Shown here one piece after another: positions 12,558 to 26,400 of a DNA stretch of 64,000 nucleotides. The stretch covers positions 1,103,662,001 through 1,103,726,000 of the forward strand of contig NC_091282.1 in assembly GCF_032444005.1 (NCBI RefSeq), given 5' to 3'. A program made the position numbers and the translations under genes. This DNA is from Ranitomeya imitator (lineage: Eukaryota). The notes beneath the pieces are model-generated. The model was not told where the DNA came from. It did not search any database and worked only from the letters and a program-made list of their open reading frames with translations. Numbering within the stretch: position 1 is the first letter of the stretch; every line of letters starts with the position of its first letter.

Positions 12558-13776
12558 GAAACCCTAACCCCAACCCTAGTTCTAACCCCAGATTCGAAGG
12601 GCGCACTGCGGACGGACGGATCCCGGGAGGCTCGGTAAGTATGATGGGGTGGGGGGGAAGGGAGCACAGGGGGGGGGGTTGGATTGGAGCATGGGTGGAG
12701 CAGACAGGAGGACGGAGGGGAGTGGAGCAGTGTACAGGACTGATCGGAGGACTGGGGGGGGGGGTGGAGGAGAGACCAGTGTTTCCAGCCATGGCCGATG
12801 ATATTGTAGCATCGGCCATGGCTGGAATGTAATATTTCACCAGTTTAAATATTACAAATTGCCAGGTGAAATATTACAAATCGCTCTGATTGGCTGTTGG
12901 AAGTGAAACTGCCAATCAGAGTGATTGTAGCCACGGGTGGGTGAAGCCACCCCACCTGGGCTGTACTACACCACTCCCCCTGTCCCTGCAGATCGGGTGA
13001 AATTGGAGTTAACCCTTTCACCGGATCTGCAGGGACGCAATCTTTCCATGACGCCACATAGGTGTCACAGGTCGGATTGGCACCGACTTTCATGACGCCT
13101 ACGTGGCGTCATGGGTCGGGAAGGGGTTAAAGCAAACTTTGGAATTTTGTTTTACCACTTACGGTAGATAAAAGAGAACCTAGTCATGTTTGGTGTCTAT
13201 GAACTCGTAATGACCTGGATAATCATAATGGCAGGTCAGTTGTAGCATTTAATGAACCTAGCAAAAAAGCCAAACAAAAAACAAGTGTGGGATTGCACTT
13301 ATTTTGCAATTTCATAGCACTTGAAATTTTTTTCCCCGTTTTCTGTTATACGACATGGTACAACCAATGGTATTGTTCAAATGTACAACTCGTCCCGCAA
13401 AAAATAAGCCCTCACACGACCACAATAAAATTAAAAAAAAAAAAAAAAGTTTTGCTCAGGAGATAAGGTGAGCGAAAAACTAAAACGAAAAAAGCTCCGT
13501 GGGTGAAGGGGTTAAGGCCCATCATTGCCCTAACGGCTTAAACAAATTTGTGTGGATCTCCTATCAGAAAACAGGTTCTTCCTTTTATGTCACTGTCTGA
13601 AGACGAGGAAGATCCATATTCATATTTCCCTTCTAAAACTTGAAAAATATCAGACTCCGAGGAACTTCCTTTCTATTAATAAATATTTAAGGGCACATTC
13701 CACCTCCGCTCTGATTTGAGTGAAAGTCAGAGGCTTCCTCACCAATAGGTTTCTGTATTCAGGCCAAAAAGACTTA

Positions 13777-14106
13777 GGGTATGTGCACACGTTGCAGTTT
13801 TTACTGCGGATCCGCAGTGTTGTTAACCTATGGAAAACAAAAACCGCTGTGCACATGCTGCGGAAAAAAAAAAAATGTGCGGAAACGCTGCGGTTTATTT
13901 TCCGCAGCATGTCAATCCTTTGTGCGGAATCCGCAGCGGTTTAACACCTGCTCCATATTAAAATACCGCAGGTGTAGAACCGCAGTAGAATCCGCACAAA
14001 AAACGCGGAAAATCCACAGGAAAAATGCAGTGATTTTGCCCTGCGGATTTATCTAAAATCAGTGCGGAAAAATCCGCACACCAGGACGCCGCGTGGGCAC
14101 ATACCC
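13777..14106. mobile_element. Harbinger-type MITE, same family as 11885
   Basis: GGGTATGTGCACACG ... CGTGGGCACATACCC; TTA TSD on both sides. Confidence 0.85.
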
Positions 14107-15449
14107 TTAGAGGGATTTTACACAGTGCACATTCTCGGTTATTTCTTTTCATGCTGGCATCTTTAGGCCTTCCCAGATTTAGAGGCTGTTCGGGGAAACA
14201 AATTATCCTCTTTGGACAAGGAGGAGTCCAGAGTAACTCTGCTCCTCTGACGGGTCGGCTGCCCCCTCTGGGTGAACGCTGTTGAGGCTCTCACAGAACG
14301 GTGTGGCTGGAGACATGCTGAGCAACCGTCACCGCCGCCCGTACACGTGAGCTCGCACTTGACGGCGCTTCCAGGACCTGAAAGCTGGCATTGCAGACAC
14401 TCTTACAGAAGCTGGGACGGGCCTGGGCAAGCGCTTTCTTGCTTCCTTTAACCGCCCTGCTTCTTGATGGGAACCTAATGCTGGACAGGAAACCAACTGA
14501 TGCAGGAGAGAAGTACCACCCTTTTATTTCACTAGGTTTCACGTGCTTGGTGGGCAGATCCCGCTCACGTGTAGCGTGATGGGTGAAGGAAAAAATAAAA
14601 TAGATGTTCTGTCAAATTGTGCAATTTTTACACTTGGCCACTACGCTAGGTATTAGGGTATGCTCATACTGGCGTATAACACGGCCGAGTGTTAGCCAAT
14701 GTTTTATGGGGCAGTGCAAATCTGCGATTATTTTCTCATGCAGACTTGGCATGAGAAGACAATTGCAGTATGCTGTGAGTGGCTGCAATAATCAGATAGC
14801 ACTCACCCATTCAAGATTATGGGTTCATGTGAAACTTCAGACTGCTCTCAGATGTCATCTGAGTGCAGTCCGATGTTAAGAGACAAAGAAAATGGAGAAA
14901 TTACCTTCTCCCATCTTCGCACCAGCGAGGCGAGTCTCACGCGAGAGAATCAAATGATACTCAACACACTAACAGTTTGAGCCGAGTGTCATTTCCAATT
15001 ATATTGAAGTCACTAGGGTCAGAGCCACTATTCCTGCATATGTTCATGTGACCTCATGAAAGAACAGGAAGTACGAGTCAAAATATTAGGCTTTGTGGCT
15101 GGTGTGAAGAATGCAGTGAGGTCTTGTGTGTTTAAATAGAGGATTATATTAAAAATGGTACATTTTAACATATATTGGGAAAAAAACACGATGTAAATAA
15201 ATCCAATATATTGGCAATTATTTTTATGTAAATGATGCAGTGTTGCTCAGCCGCACGCTGCTGTTTCCATAGCTTTACCTCCCGTGGTCAGAGCCTGGAT
15301 GGAAAAATATAACAGTCTCAACCATGAAAAGCTGCTATTTCCCCATCTCGCCCCAAGCTTTAAAAGTGTCTTGTCAGGGTAGGGTCAGAGTCAGTCTACT
15401 GCTGCTAATGTACATGTGGACCACCGGAGGTGACCCCAGCAACTCTTAC

Positions 15450-15521
15450 TTGTTCAAAAGTTTTCAAACCAGCTTCTTTTCCCAGTCTCAGTAAATCTTC
15501 CAGAACGGCATTTTTAAAGTC
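15450..15521 (-). CDS. ACSL1: ACSL1 penultimate coding exon (72 nt) [24 protein letters not shown]
   Basis: tcacag|GACTTT ... GAACAA|gtaaga. Confidence 0.94.
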
Positions 15522-17371
15522 CTGTGAATTAAGAAACGTACAAGTAGATATTCTGAAGTTATCTGGTTAGGGCAATGATGTTAGGAAGTTCAAGGGCTCT
15601 TTATATAGTTATTCAATAAAATATATTATATATCCAATCTGTAAGGAGTATTCATGCTATATCAACATTCGGCTCTGGACAATTTTTCGGAAGGGAATGC
15701 TAAAATAAACTGACCACTTCTAAGGATAGTTACATGAGGGATGCCTTTAAAATGAAGAAAACCCCATGAAGAGAAAAAAATAAAAAAAAAGTTGTAGACC
15801 ATCTCTAGGATTCTAGATAATTCCCATCGACTTGAATGCAGTCCTGGTTCAATCAATTCCATAGAAATGATCTACAATACCAGAGATGACCTGCGATACG
15901 ATTTTTTTTTTCCTTTTTCTTGTGGGGCAGAGAAGTCCAGGTAATGAAGCACACTTTTTCCGTATAAAGCCTTTAAGGAAGTGAGTACACCACTTACCTT
16001 ATTCTTGCATAGATCCTCATATGGACCTTCAAATTTTCTCTTTTTTGCCCAGTTGAGAACATTATCCGGATCCGGAATCACAATGGCCACAAGGAAAGCC
16101 TGGAGAGGCGAGGAGAGGAGAGGAGTAATAAAATACACAGTTTCCACCCCACAACACCTCATGCTGATAAGTTCTAGTTACCTGCAAACTCTCTCCATAA
16201 ACAAAGATCTGTACCACAGCTTCACTCCTTGTGTAGATATTCTCAATTTTTTCTGGAGCAATATATTCACCTTGGGCCAATTTAAATATATGTTTTTTTC
16301 GGTCTATGATCTTTAGCGTACCATTCTAAAAAAGGGGAAAAATAAAAAAATTAAGTTTAGGTTGGAATAAATGATTAAATAATCTACTCAAATGAAAAAA
16401 ATCTATCTTTCAACATTGTTTTTGAGTATTTTATTATTTTAAACTGTATTTAGCAGTAAAAAAAAAGGCAGCTTATAACTTGGCCTCTACTGCATTGTAG
16501 AGAGAGATGGGATTTCAATGCTTATTGAAATTTAAAATTTCAATCAAAGGGGCGTTAATAGATTCTTCTCTGGATCACAGTTTTCTAATTAAAGCAGCAC
16601 TCCAGCGTTTTTTCCCCCCTCTAGCGCTGGAGTGGCGCTTCTAATTTATAAAGTTCCTGCCCTCGGTCTTATACTCACCTTCTGGCATCACTTTTTTCAG
16701 CGCTGCGCCATCTTGAGACCTCAACTTCTGACTGGCTGGAAGTTACATCAAACTCTCAATGCAAGCAGGGCTGTGGAGTAACGCTAGCCAAACCTCCGAC
16801 TTCTCAATTTCCATGACACCGACTCCACCAAAATGGACTCCGACTCCACAGCCTTGAATGCAAGTCTGAGAGCTAGAATGAGGGTCTCAGACTTAAGATG
16901 GACCTCCAACTTGCTCTTTGAAATACTGAAGTGATCTGGCATTTCACAAACTGCTGGAGACCAATGGTGATAGAAAGTGAAGATGGTGGCAGGTGAGTAT
17001 AAGTAGGGTCAGGGACCTCAGATTATTAGCGCCACTCCAGTGGTAAGCTTACCAAAAAAAACCTCTAGAATGCTGGTTTAAGTACAGCTACAAAAAATAA
17101 AGTTATGTCAGCACGGTTGTCCCAACTGGATGGTCCCTTCTAAGAAGCATGTTGCCTGACAAGCAGCCGATTACTGTTGGGTCTAAACATTGCACCAACC
17201 AATCCTCTTCAATCAGATGATATTCTCATGGATAGAACCGGTTGGTAGCCACCACTATTGAGGACATGGCGTCCATCAAAAAATATTTTCCATCATTAAA
17301 GGGAACCAGTCAGCAGGATTGTGCACAGTAACCTACAGAGTGTCAGGTCGGCGCCGTTATACTGATTAAAA

Positions 17372-17407
<36 letters not shown>

Positions 17408-20400
17408 GATTAAAAAAAAAATTTCGTTAAATAAAAATTTAACAGACAATCTCAATATTGCCAAATTTCCGTTCCCTCCCCTCCTATTACATATATTAAC
17501 AGCAAATGAGTAATACAGCCTTCAGTCAGGATCATCTTCTCTCCACCCAAGGTGTCCACAGGGTCTCAAATGTTTTCCTCTCCCCCCCCCTTTTCTTTTA
17601 ACATGAATACTCTTCTCTATGTTCACAATAGAATCAGATTGTCTAAGAAATTCTCTCAGTGTCGGCGGTTCATCATTTATTCAGTACCTGGCGATTAGTT
17701 TCCGCGCAATATATAGTAATCTATTGCCACCTTATATTTATTATGTACCCGAATCTCCTCCACGTATATCAGAATACACACCACAGGATCCCTCTCAATC
17801 CTACAGCTATACGCTCCCTCAAATGGCATTAACCACTGTTATCCAATATGGGTCCAGCCTTTGACACTGCCATAGGATATGGAGGATCCCTGCCCCTTCA
17901 GCCTGGCAACGGGAACACTCAGAAGCCTGTCTCGGACCCGCTCTATACAGCAGTTCTGGAGTCCTATATACTCTATGAAGAACATATATCTCCGAGAGTC
18001 TTTAATCGCATAATGATTTAAGAAGGTATACAGTAAATCCTTATAAAAAAGGACTGACACCACCCATTTTGTTCCCCACTTTGCGCAAACCTAGTCCACC
18101 AGTATATCTTTATGGCTCTCCAAATTAACAGTCTTGCTTCCATATGCATGTCTAAGCTGTCCACACTGGGACCTACAGACCTACGGTAGCCCATAGTCTC
18201 CCTGTAACTTTTCAAAAGACACTAGTCCCTGGCTGTCCTGTATCTGAACCACGTACTGTATTCCCAGCCTCGTCCAATTTTTAAATTCCCCCATTTTATC
18301 AAACTCCAGCAATGTTTCATTTTGCCATATCGGGGAAAAAATTTGTCAAATTCTCCAATCCCCTAGTCTTTATTGCCTCCCAAACTTAATGTATCAGCGC
18401 TAACGTGGGGAATAAATCCCAACCTCCTAAAACTACCTGCCTCCAGCCCCTGAACCAATGGGTCCATCTCAAGCAACTGAACCAACAACTTTTGTGCTCA
18501 AACCATGCCAGCTACTTCCCTCCACCCCCTCATCCGTTGGCCCTGAGCAGCTAAATAGTAGAACCAAGGGTTCAGAAGCGCCAATCCCCCTCCATCCTTG
18601 GGCCTCTGCAAAATCTCAAGCCTAATGCACGGCTGCTTCCCCTTAAAGTAAAAAACAGGGATTTTTGTGTAATCACCGTAAAATCCTTTTTTCCGAGCCA
18701 ATCGTTGGGGGACACAGGACCATGGGTGTTCTGCTGCTACCACTAGGAGGACACTAAGCAAATACACAAAAACTCCTCCTCCACAGTATACACCCTTTGC
18801 TGGCTCTCGTGAACCAGTTCGGTGCCAAAGTAATAGGACTTCACAAACAGAATTGCAATATGTCAAAACCAATAAAGACTACAAGCCAACGGGCTAACAG
18901 GGTGGGTGCCGTATCCCCCAATGATTGGTTCAGAGAAAAGGATTTTACGGTGAGTACACAAATCCCTGTTTCTCCTTCGCCTCATTGGGGGACACAGGAC
19001 CATGGGACGTCCTAAAGCAGTCCCTGGGTGGGAAAACGTCACAACAGGTGAAATCTCACGCACCCAATGCTGAAAGAATTAAGTGATTAAATGAGGCCTA
19101 CAAATGCTAAACTGCCGATTGCAGAATCTGTCTGTCTGCTGACAGCCGCATCTGAGGAGGCTTGAACATGAATGTTGTAATATTTAGCGAACGTGTGAAG
19201 ACTGGACCAAGTAGCAGCCTTGCACACTTGCTGTGCGGATGCCTAGTGCCGAATGGCCCAGGAGGTCCCCACTGACCGAGTGGAGTGTGCCTTAATCCCC
19301 AGGGGGATAGGCTGGCCTAGGACACGGTAAGCTTCTTGAATCGCTGAAAGAAGCCATCTGGCCATTGTGGCCTTCGAGGCAGGTAACCCCTTTTTGTGAC
19401 CATCCGGAAGCACAAAAAGGGCATCAGCTTTGCAAAAACTTGCCGTCCTGGAAATGTACTCTGAGAGCCCTCACCAAGTCCAGAGTGTGAAGGGCTTTCT
19501 CAGTACGATGGACTGGAGCCGGACAGAACGAGGGCAGGACAAGGTCTTCATTCAGATGAAAAGATGAGATGACTTTAGGCAAGAAGGACGGGGACGTCCT
19601 GAGCACCACCTTGTCCTGATGCAAAAATCAAAAATGGAGGTTTGCAAGACAAGGCCGCCAGTTCCGAAACCCGTCTGATGGATGTTATGGCCACCAGAAA
19701 GGCAACTTTCCATGAAAGGAGAGAGAGGGAAACATCCTATAATGGCTCGAAGGGAGTCTCTTGTAAAAGCACTGAGGACCAAGATAAGGTCCCAAGGTTC
19801 TAAAGGCATCTTGTACGGAGGGACAAGATGTGAAACTCCTTGCATGAAGGTCCTAACCTGAGGCTTGGAAGCTTTCAGACGCTTTGAAAGGACGGAGAAG
19901 GCCGAAATGTGGCCCTTGAGAGAGAGGCCAGCGCCAAGCCTGAATGCAGACCTGCTTGGAGAAACTCCAGAAAGGAGGGGATGGAAAACACCAAACTGAG
20001 AAAGACCCTTATCTTTACACCATGCGAAAAAAGCTCTCCAAACACGATGGCAAATAAGCACAGAAACAGGCTTCCTAGCATTGATCATGGTAGATGCCTC
20101 TTGATGGGAGAACCCGGCTTGGGCTAGAATCCAGGATTCAATCGCCAGGCCATTAAACTCTGAACTCTCGAGTTCTGGTGACAAATGGGTCCTGGGAGAG
20201 AAGGCCCGGAGTTCCGGTAACCTCAAGGGAACATCGGCGACGAGATGCATTAGCTCCGCGTACCAAACTCGGCAAGGCCAGTCCGGAGCAACAAGGATCA
20301 CCGGAACACCTTTCACTTTGATTTTTCAGATAACCCTTGGGATCAGTGGAAGAGGCGGAAAGATGTATGGGAGACAAAATTGGCTCCATGGGAGTACTAG

Positions 20401-23400
20401 GGCATCCGAGCCGATGGCTAACGGATCACGGGATCGGGCTACAAATGCTGGAACCTTGGCATTCAGCCTGGAGACCCCATGAGGTCCACATCTGGAGTGC
20501 CGAAACGCTGGCAAATCCTGTAAAAGACTTCCGGGTGAAGAGACCACTCTCCTGAGGCTATACCCTGGCGGCAGAGAGAGTCCGCCGCCCAATTCTCTAC
20601 CCCAAGAATGTGACTGCGGAGATGAGCGATTGATTTGTCTCGGCCCATTGTAGAATGTGTGAAACCTCGGTCATCGCTCTTCTGCTGCGCATGCCTCCCT
20701 GGCGATTGATGTACACCCCAGCCGTAGAGTTGTCCGATTGGATCCGGACGGGACGTCCCACCAAGAGGTGATGGAAGTGCTGAAGAGCCAGCGTTATCGC
20801 TCAGATCTCTAGGATGTTGATCGGAAGGTGGCTTCCTGAGCGGACCAACGACCCTGAGCCGTGTGGTGACGAAATATTATTCCCCATCCGAGGAGACTGG
20901 CGTCGGGGGTCACTACCAGCCAGTGAACCAGGAGGAAAGACCTTTCCTGATCCAAGGACGACGTTGCAGTCCACCACCTGAGAGATCGCCTGATTCTGGG
21001 TGCCAGGCGAAAGCGGCGACCCAGGGAGGCTGGATTCTTGTCCCATGCTGAGATCAAAGCCTGCTGCAGGGGAAGGAAGTGAAATTGGGCAAACGGCACT
21101 GCCTCGATAGATGCCACCATTTTCCCGAGAACCTGCATGGCGAACCGCAAGTTGTGAGAACGGCCCAGAGATAGCAATTGGGCTCCCCGGTTTTGAGAAG
21201 AAATCTTTTCCAGAGGGAGAATTACCAACCCTAGGGAAGTGTCTAAGATCATCCCCAAAAAGGGGACTCGCTGGGATGGAACTGGAGACGATTTCTCCAT
21301 GTTTACCAGCCAACCTAGACGAGACAGTGTCGATGGTGATAGACGCTCTCTTTGCAAGCCCGATAAGCTGGACCTTTGATGAGAAGATCGTCTAGATATA
21401 GACGAATCACCATGCCCCGGGAGTGTAGGATAGACATGACGGCTGACATGACTTTTGTGAACACCCTGGGGGCGGTGGCGAGCCCGACGTGCAGAGCGGT
21501 GAACTGAAAATGATCGTCTCCAACCACAAAGCATAGGAATCTTTGATGACTTTCAAAGATTGGGATGTGAAGGCATGAGTCTTTGATGATGTAGATTGAC
21601 GACAGGTATTCCCCTTTTTCCAAAGAAGCGGAGAGCAGGGCAGGCCAGACAGGTGCTGGTGGTGGGGGACTCTATTAGGGGAACAGATAGGGCAATCTGT
21701 CACAAAGACAGGGATCGTCGAACGGTGTGCTGCCTACCTGGCGCTAGAGTCTGACACATTGCTGATCGGGTGGACAGATTACTGGGAGGGGCTGGTGAGG
21801 ACCCAGCGGTCATGGTGCACATGGCACAAATGACAAAGTTAGAAGTAGGTGGAAGGTCCTTAAAGATGATTTCAGGGAATTAGGCTGCAAGCTGAAAGCA
21901 AGGACCTCCAACGTGGTATTCTCCGAAATACTGCCTGTACCACGTGCCACGCCAGAGAGGCAACAGGAGATTAGGGAGGTTAATAAGTGGCTCAAGAATT
22001 GGTGAAGGAAGGAGGGGTTTGGGTTCCTGCAGAACTGGGCCGACTTCTCAGTTGGCTACAGGCTCTACGCTAGGGATGGACTGCACCTCAATGGGGAAGG
22101 TGCAGCTGTGCTGGGGGAGAAAATGGCTAGAAGGTTGGAGGATTGTTTAAACTAGGGATTGGGGGGAGGGTATTCAATTTATAGGAGGGGAAGATAGTGC
22201 AGACAGATACCTGGGCACAAATAAGGAAGTTGGGGGTGGCGGTGGCATGGGGGGTGGGGTTAGAACAGTTAATAATTTAAGAAAGAGTAGAGGTACAGAG
22301 AGGAACGTCAAGTGCATGTATACTAATGCCAGAAGCCTCGCTAACAAAATGGACGAATTAGAACTAATGTTGTTGGAGCATAATTATGACATGGTGGGGA
22401 TATCTGAAACGTGGCTGGATGAGAGCCATGACTGGGCTGTTAACTTGCAGGGCTATAGCCTGTTCAGAAATGACCGTACAGATAAGCGAGGGGGTGGGGT
22501 GTGTCTATATGTAAAATCGTCCTTAAAACCCATCCGGCGTGATAATATAGGTGAATTTAATGAGAATGTAGAATCCCTGTGGGTGGAGATAAGGGGAGGG
22601 GGAAAAAATAATAAATTACTGATAGGGGTTTGTTATAAATCTCCAAAAATAATGGAAGCAATGGAGAATATCCTCGTAAAGCAAATAGATGAAGCTGCGA
22701 CTCAAGGAGAAGTCATTATTATGGGGGACTTCAACTACCCTGAAATAGGTTGGGGAACAGAAACCTGCAGTTCCAGCAAAGGTAATCGGTTTTTGACAAC
22801 TATGAGAGAATTACCTTTCACAACTGGTTCAGGACCCAACAAGAAAGGGGGCACTGCTAGACCTAATATTAACCAACAGGCCAGACCGCATAGCAAATAT
22901 AAGGGTTGGGGGTTACTTGGGAAATAGCGATCACAAAATAATACGTTTTCATGTATCCTTTAAAAAGATGTGTAATAGAGAGGTTACAAGGACACTAAAC
23001 TTCAGGAGGGCAAATTCCCAACGGATGAGAGAGGATCTTGGTGCAATTAAATGGGACGATATCCTGAGACACAAAAATACACATAGAAAATGGGAGACGT
23101 TTATTAACATCCTGGATAGGACCTGTGCACAGTATATACCGTATGGGAATAAACATACTAGGAATAGGAGGAAACCAATATGGCTAAATAGAGCTGTAAG
23201 GGGCGCAATAAGTTACAAAAAGAAAGCATTTAGAGAATTAAAGGAAGTAGGTAGTGAGGAGGCATTTAATAAATACAAAAAATTAAATAAATTCTGTAAA
23301 AAGCAAATCAAGGCAGCAAAGATTGAGACAGAGAGACTCATTGCCAGAGAGTAAAAATAATCCCAAAATATTATTTAACTACATAAATCGTAAGAAACTA

Positions 23401-26400
23401 AAAAATGATAGTGTTGGCCCCCTTAAAAATAGTCTGGGTGAAATGGTGGATGAGGATGAGGAAAAAGCCAATATGCTAAATGACTTTTTTTCATCAGTAT
23501 TTACGCAAGAAAGTCCCATGGCAGACAAAATGACTAGTGATAAAAATTCCCCATTAAATGTCACCTGCTTAACCCAGCAGGAAGAGCGGCGGCGTCTAAA
23601 AAAACAAATCACTAAAATGTACAAATCTCCGGGCCCGGATGGGATACACCCTCAAGTACTGCAGGAATTAAGTACAGTCATTGATAGACCATTATTTTTA
23701 ATCTTTAAAGACTCCATAATAACAGGGTCTTTACCACAGGACTGGCGTATAGCAAATGTGGTGCCAATATTCAAAAAGGGGACAAAAACTGAACTCGGAA
23801 ATTATAGGCCAGTAAGCTTAACCTCTACTGTGGGTAAAATCCTGGAGGGCATTCTAAGGGATGCTATACTGGAGTATCTGAAGAGGAATAACCTCATGAC
23901 CCAGTATTAGCACGGTTTTACTAGGGACCGTTCATGTCAGACTAATTTGATCAGTTTCTATGAAGAGGTAAGTTCCGGACTGGACCAAAGGAACCCAGTA
24001 GATGTAGTGTATGTGGACTTTTCAAAAGTTTTTGATACGGTGCCACACAAAAGGTTGATACATAAAATGAGAATAATGGGGATAGGGGAAAATATGTGTA
24101 AGTGGGTTGAGATCTGGCTCAGGGATAGGAAACAAAGGGTGGTTATTAATGGAACACACTGACTGGGTAGCGGTTAGCAGTGGCGTACCACAGGGGTCAG
24201 TATTGGGCCCTCTTCTTTTTAACATTTATTAATGACCTTGTAGGGGGCATTCAGAGTAGAATTTCAATATTTGCAGATGACACTAAACTCTGCAGGGTAA
24301 TCAATACAGAGGAGGACAATTTTATATTACAGGATGATTTATGTAAACTAGAAGCTTGGGCTGATAAATGGCAAATGAGCTTTAATGGGGATAAATGTAA
24401 GGTCATGCACTTGGGTAGAAGTAATAAGATGTATAATTATGTGCTTAATTCTTAAACTCTGGGCAACACAGTCAGTGAAAAAGACCTGGGTGTATGGGTG
24501 GATGACAAACTCATATTCAGTGGCCAGTGTCAGGCAGCTGCTACAAAGGCAAATAAAATAATGGGATGCATTAAAAGAGGCATAGATGCTCATGAGGAGA
24601 ACATAATTTTACCTCTATACAAGTCACTAGTTCGACCACACTTAGAATACTGTGCACAGTTCTGGTCTCCGGGGTATAAGAAGGACATAGCGGAACTGGA
24701 GCGGGTGCAGAGAAGAGCGACCAAGGTTATTAGAGGACTGGGGGGTCTGCAATACCAAGATAGGTTATTACACTTGGGGCTATTTAGTTTGGAAAAACGA
24801 AGACTAAGGGGTGATCTTATGTTAATGTATAAATATATGAGGGGACAGTACAAAGACCTTTCTGATTATCTTTTTAATCATAGACCTGAAACAGGGACAA
24901 GGGGGCATCCTCTGCGTTTGGAGGAAAAAAGGTTTAAGCATAATAACAGACGCGGATTCTTTACTGTAAGAGCAGTGAGACTATGGAACTCTCTGCCGTA
25001 TGAGGTTGTAATGAGTGATTCATTACTTAAATTTAAGAGGGGACTGGATACATTTCTGGAAAAGTATAATGTTACAGGGTATATACACTAGATTCCTTGA
25101 TAGGGCGTTGATCCAGGGAACTAGTCTGATTGCCGTATGTGGAGTCGGGAAGGAATTTTTTTCCCCAAGGTGGAGCTTACTCTTTGCCACATGGGTTTTT
25201 TTGCCTTCCTCTGGATCAACATGTTAGGGCAAGTTAGGTTAGGCTATGGGTTGAACTAGATGGACTTAAAGTCTTCCTTCAACCTTAGTAACTATGTAAC
25301 TATGTAAGCCCCTGGAGAAGGGGAACGAGATATGGAACCAGCGGATGAGGGGATGCCGCACGGGTACGCTTCCTGGAGGAATGTACTCCCCATCGCCGTC
25401 AGGCCCCTGTCCGAGGGATGCAGCCTGCAATGTTCAGCGTCCCAGGAAGAAAAGCCATCCGGCAGGCGCCAGGTAGTGGGGGCGGAGTGGGCCGGATCTG
25501 GCCTACCACGGCCAGAAGCCAGGGCCTAAATTAGCGGTGACGGCCTCAATGGCCGGTCGGCACTGGCACAAGTCGCGGCCAGCGCCATCACGGACAGCGA
25601 AGTGGACGCGGCGGGACAGCTCCAGCGAGGAACGGGGGAGGGGCGCACAAGCGGCGGCGGTGAGGAGAGAAAAGTGAGGAGCACTAATGACCTCTGGGCT
25701 CCGGCCCTCCAAACAGGATCCCTGGACGGGGAGAGAATGAGCCTTCCTCCCCCTGCGGACAGAGTGCATCTTCTGTATCCAGGTACTCACGTTACTGTAG
25801 GGGTCTGTGGCACTATATTCATCCTCAATCCACCGTCCCTTTGATAGGGAGGTGGAGAGGGTCCCATTGCCTCCTGGCATCAGCCGCTTTCGGACAGTGG
25901 TGGTGCAGGGGCCATAGCTGCTGCAGGGATTTCTCCTTCGCCACATTGGGGTCCACTGCAGGGAACAGCTTTTCGATGAAGGCCTGGCCCCGGGAAGGGG
26001 GTACGTGAGGGTGACACCTCATGTTCCCGTCCGTTGTTGGTGTGGGGAGAGCGGGCCCATTTAAGGATCAGTCGCCCCTATAAGACCCCAGACAGACGTA
26101 AAAGTTGCAGGAGGGGGTACAGGGAGGAGACACTCTGCGTTCCCGCCTGTTAAAGATTTTTGGGAGAGCGGAACCTTAAAAGGCCCCGTCGCCCGTCCAA
26201 TCCGTGAATATTTTATTTTTCCATTTTTTTCCGTTAATAAAGTCTGGGTCTGAAGACACTAAGCAAGAACTGGTTCACGAGAGAGCCAGCAGAGGGTGTA
26301 TACTGCGGAGGAGTTAACTTTTTTGTGCATTTGCTTAGTGTCCTCCTAGTGGCTGCAGCATAACACACATGGTCCTGTGTCCCCCAATGAGGCGAAGGAG

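Larger units (their letters stand above)
9200..13126. mobile_element. Second piggyBac-like TTAA element nested in the first
   Basis: TTAA|CCCCTTCATGACCC ... GGGTCGGGAAGGGG|TTAA; internal sequence related to 62679-63641. Confidence 0.8.
2162..13511. mobile_element. piggyBac-like (TTAA|CCCCTT...AAGGGG|TTAA) non-autonomous element expanded by nested insertions
   Basis: TTAA at 2158-2161 and 13512-13515. Its fragments (2162-2590, ~3770-3840, 8805-9195, 13131-13511) match, in reverse orientation, the intact copies at 37755-39027 and 50005-51269. Confidence 0.7.

Noticed and set aside
12304-12840. 178-aa Pro-rich ORF
   Set aside because: Spans a MITE junction and low-complexity G/C runs; no domain recognised.
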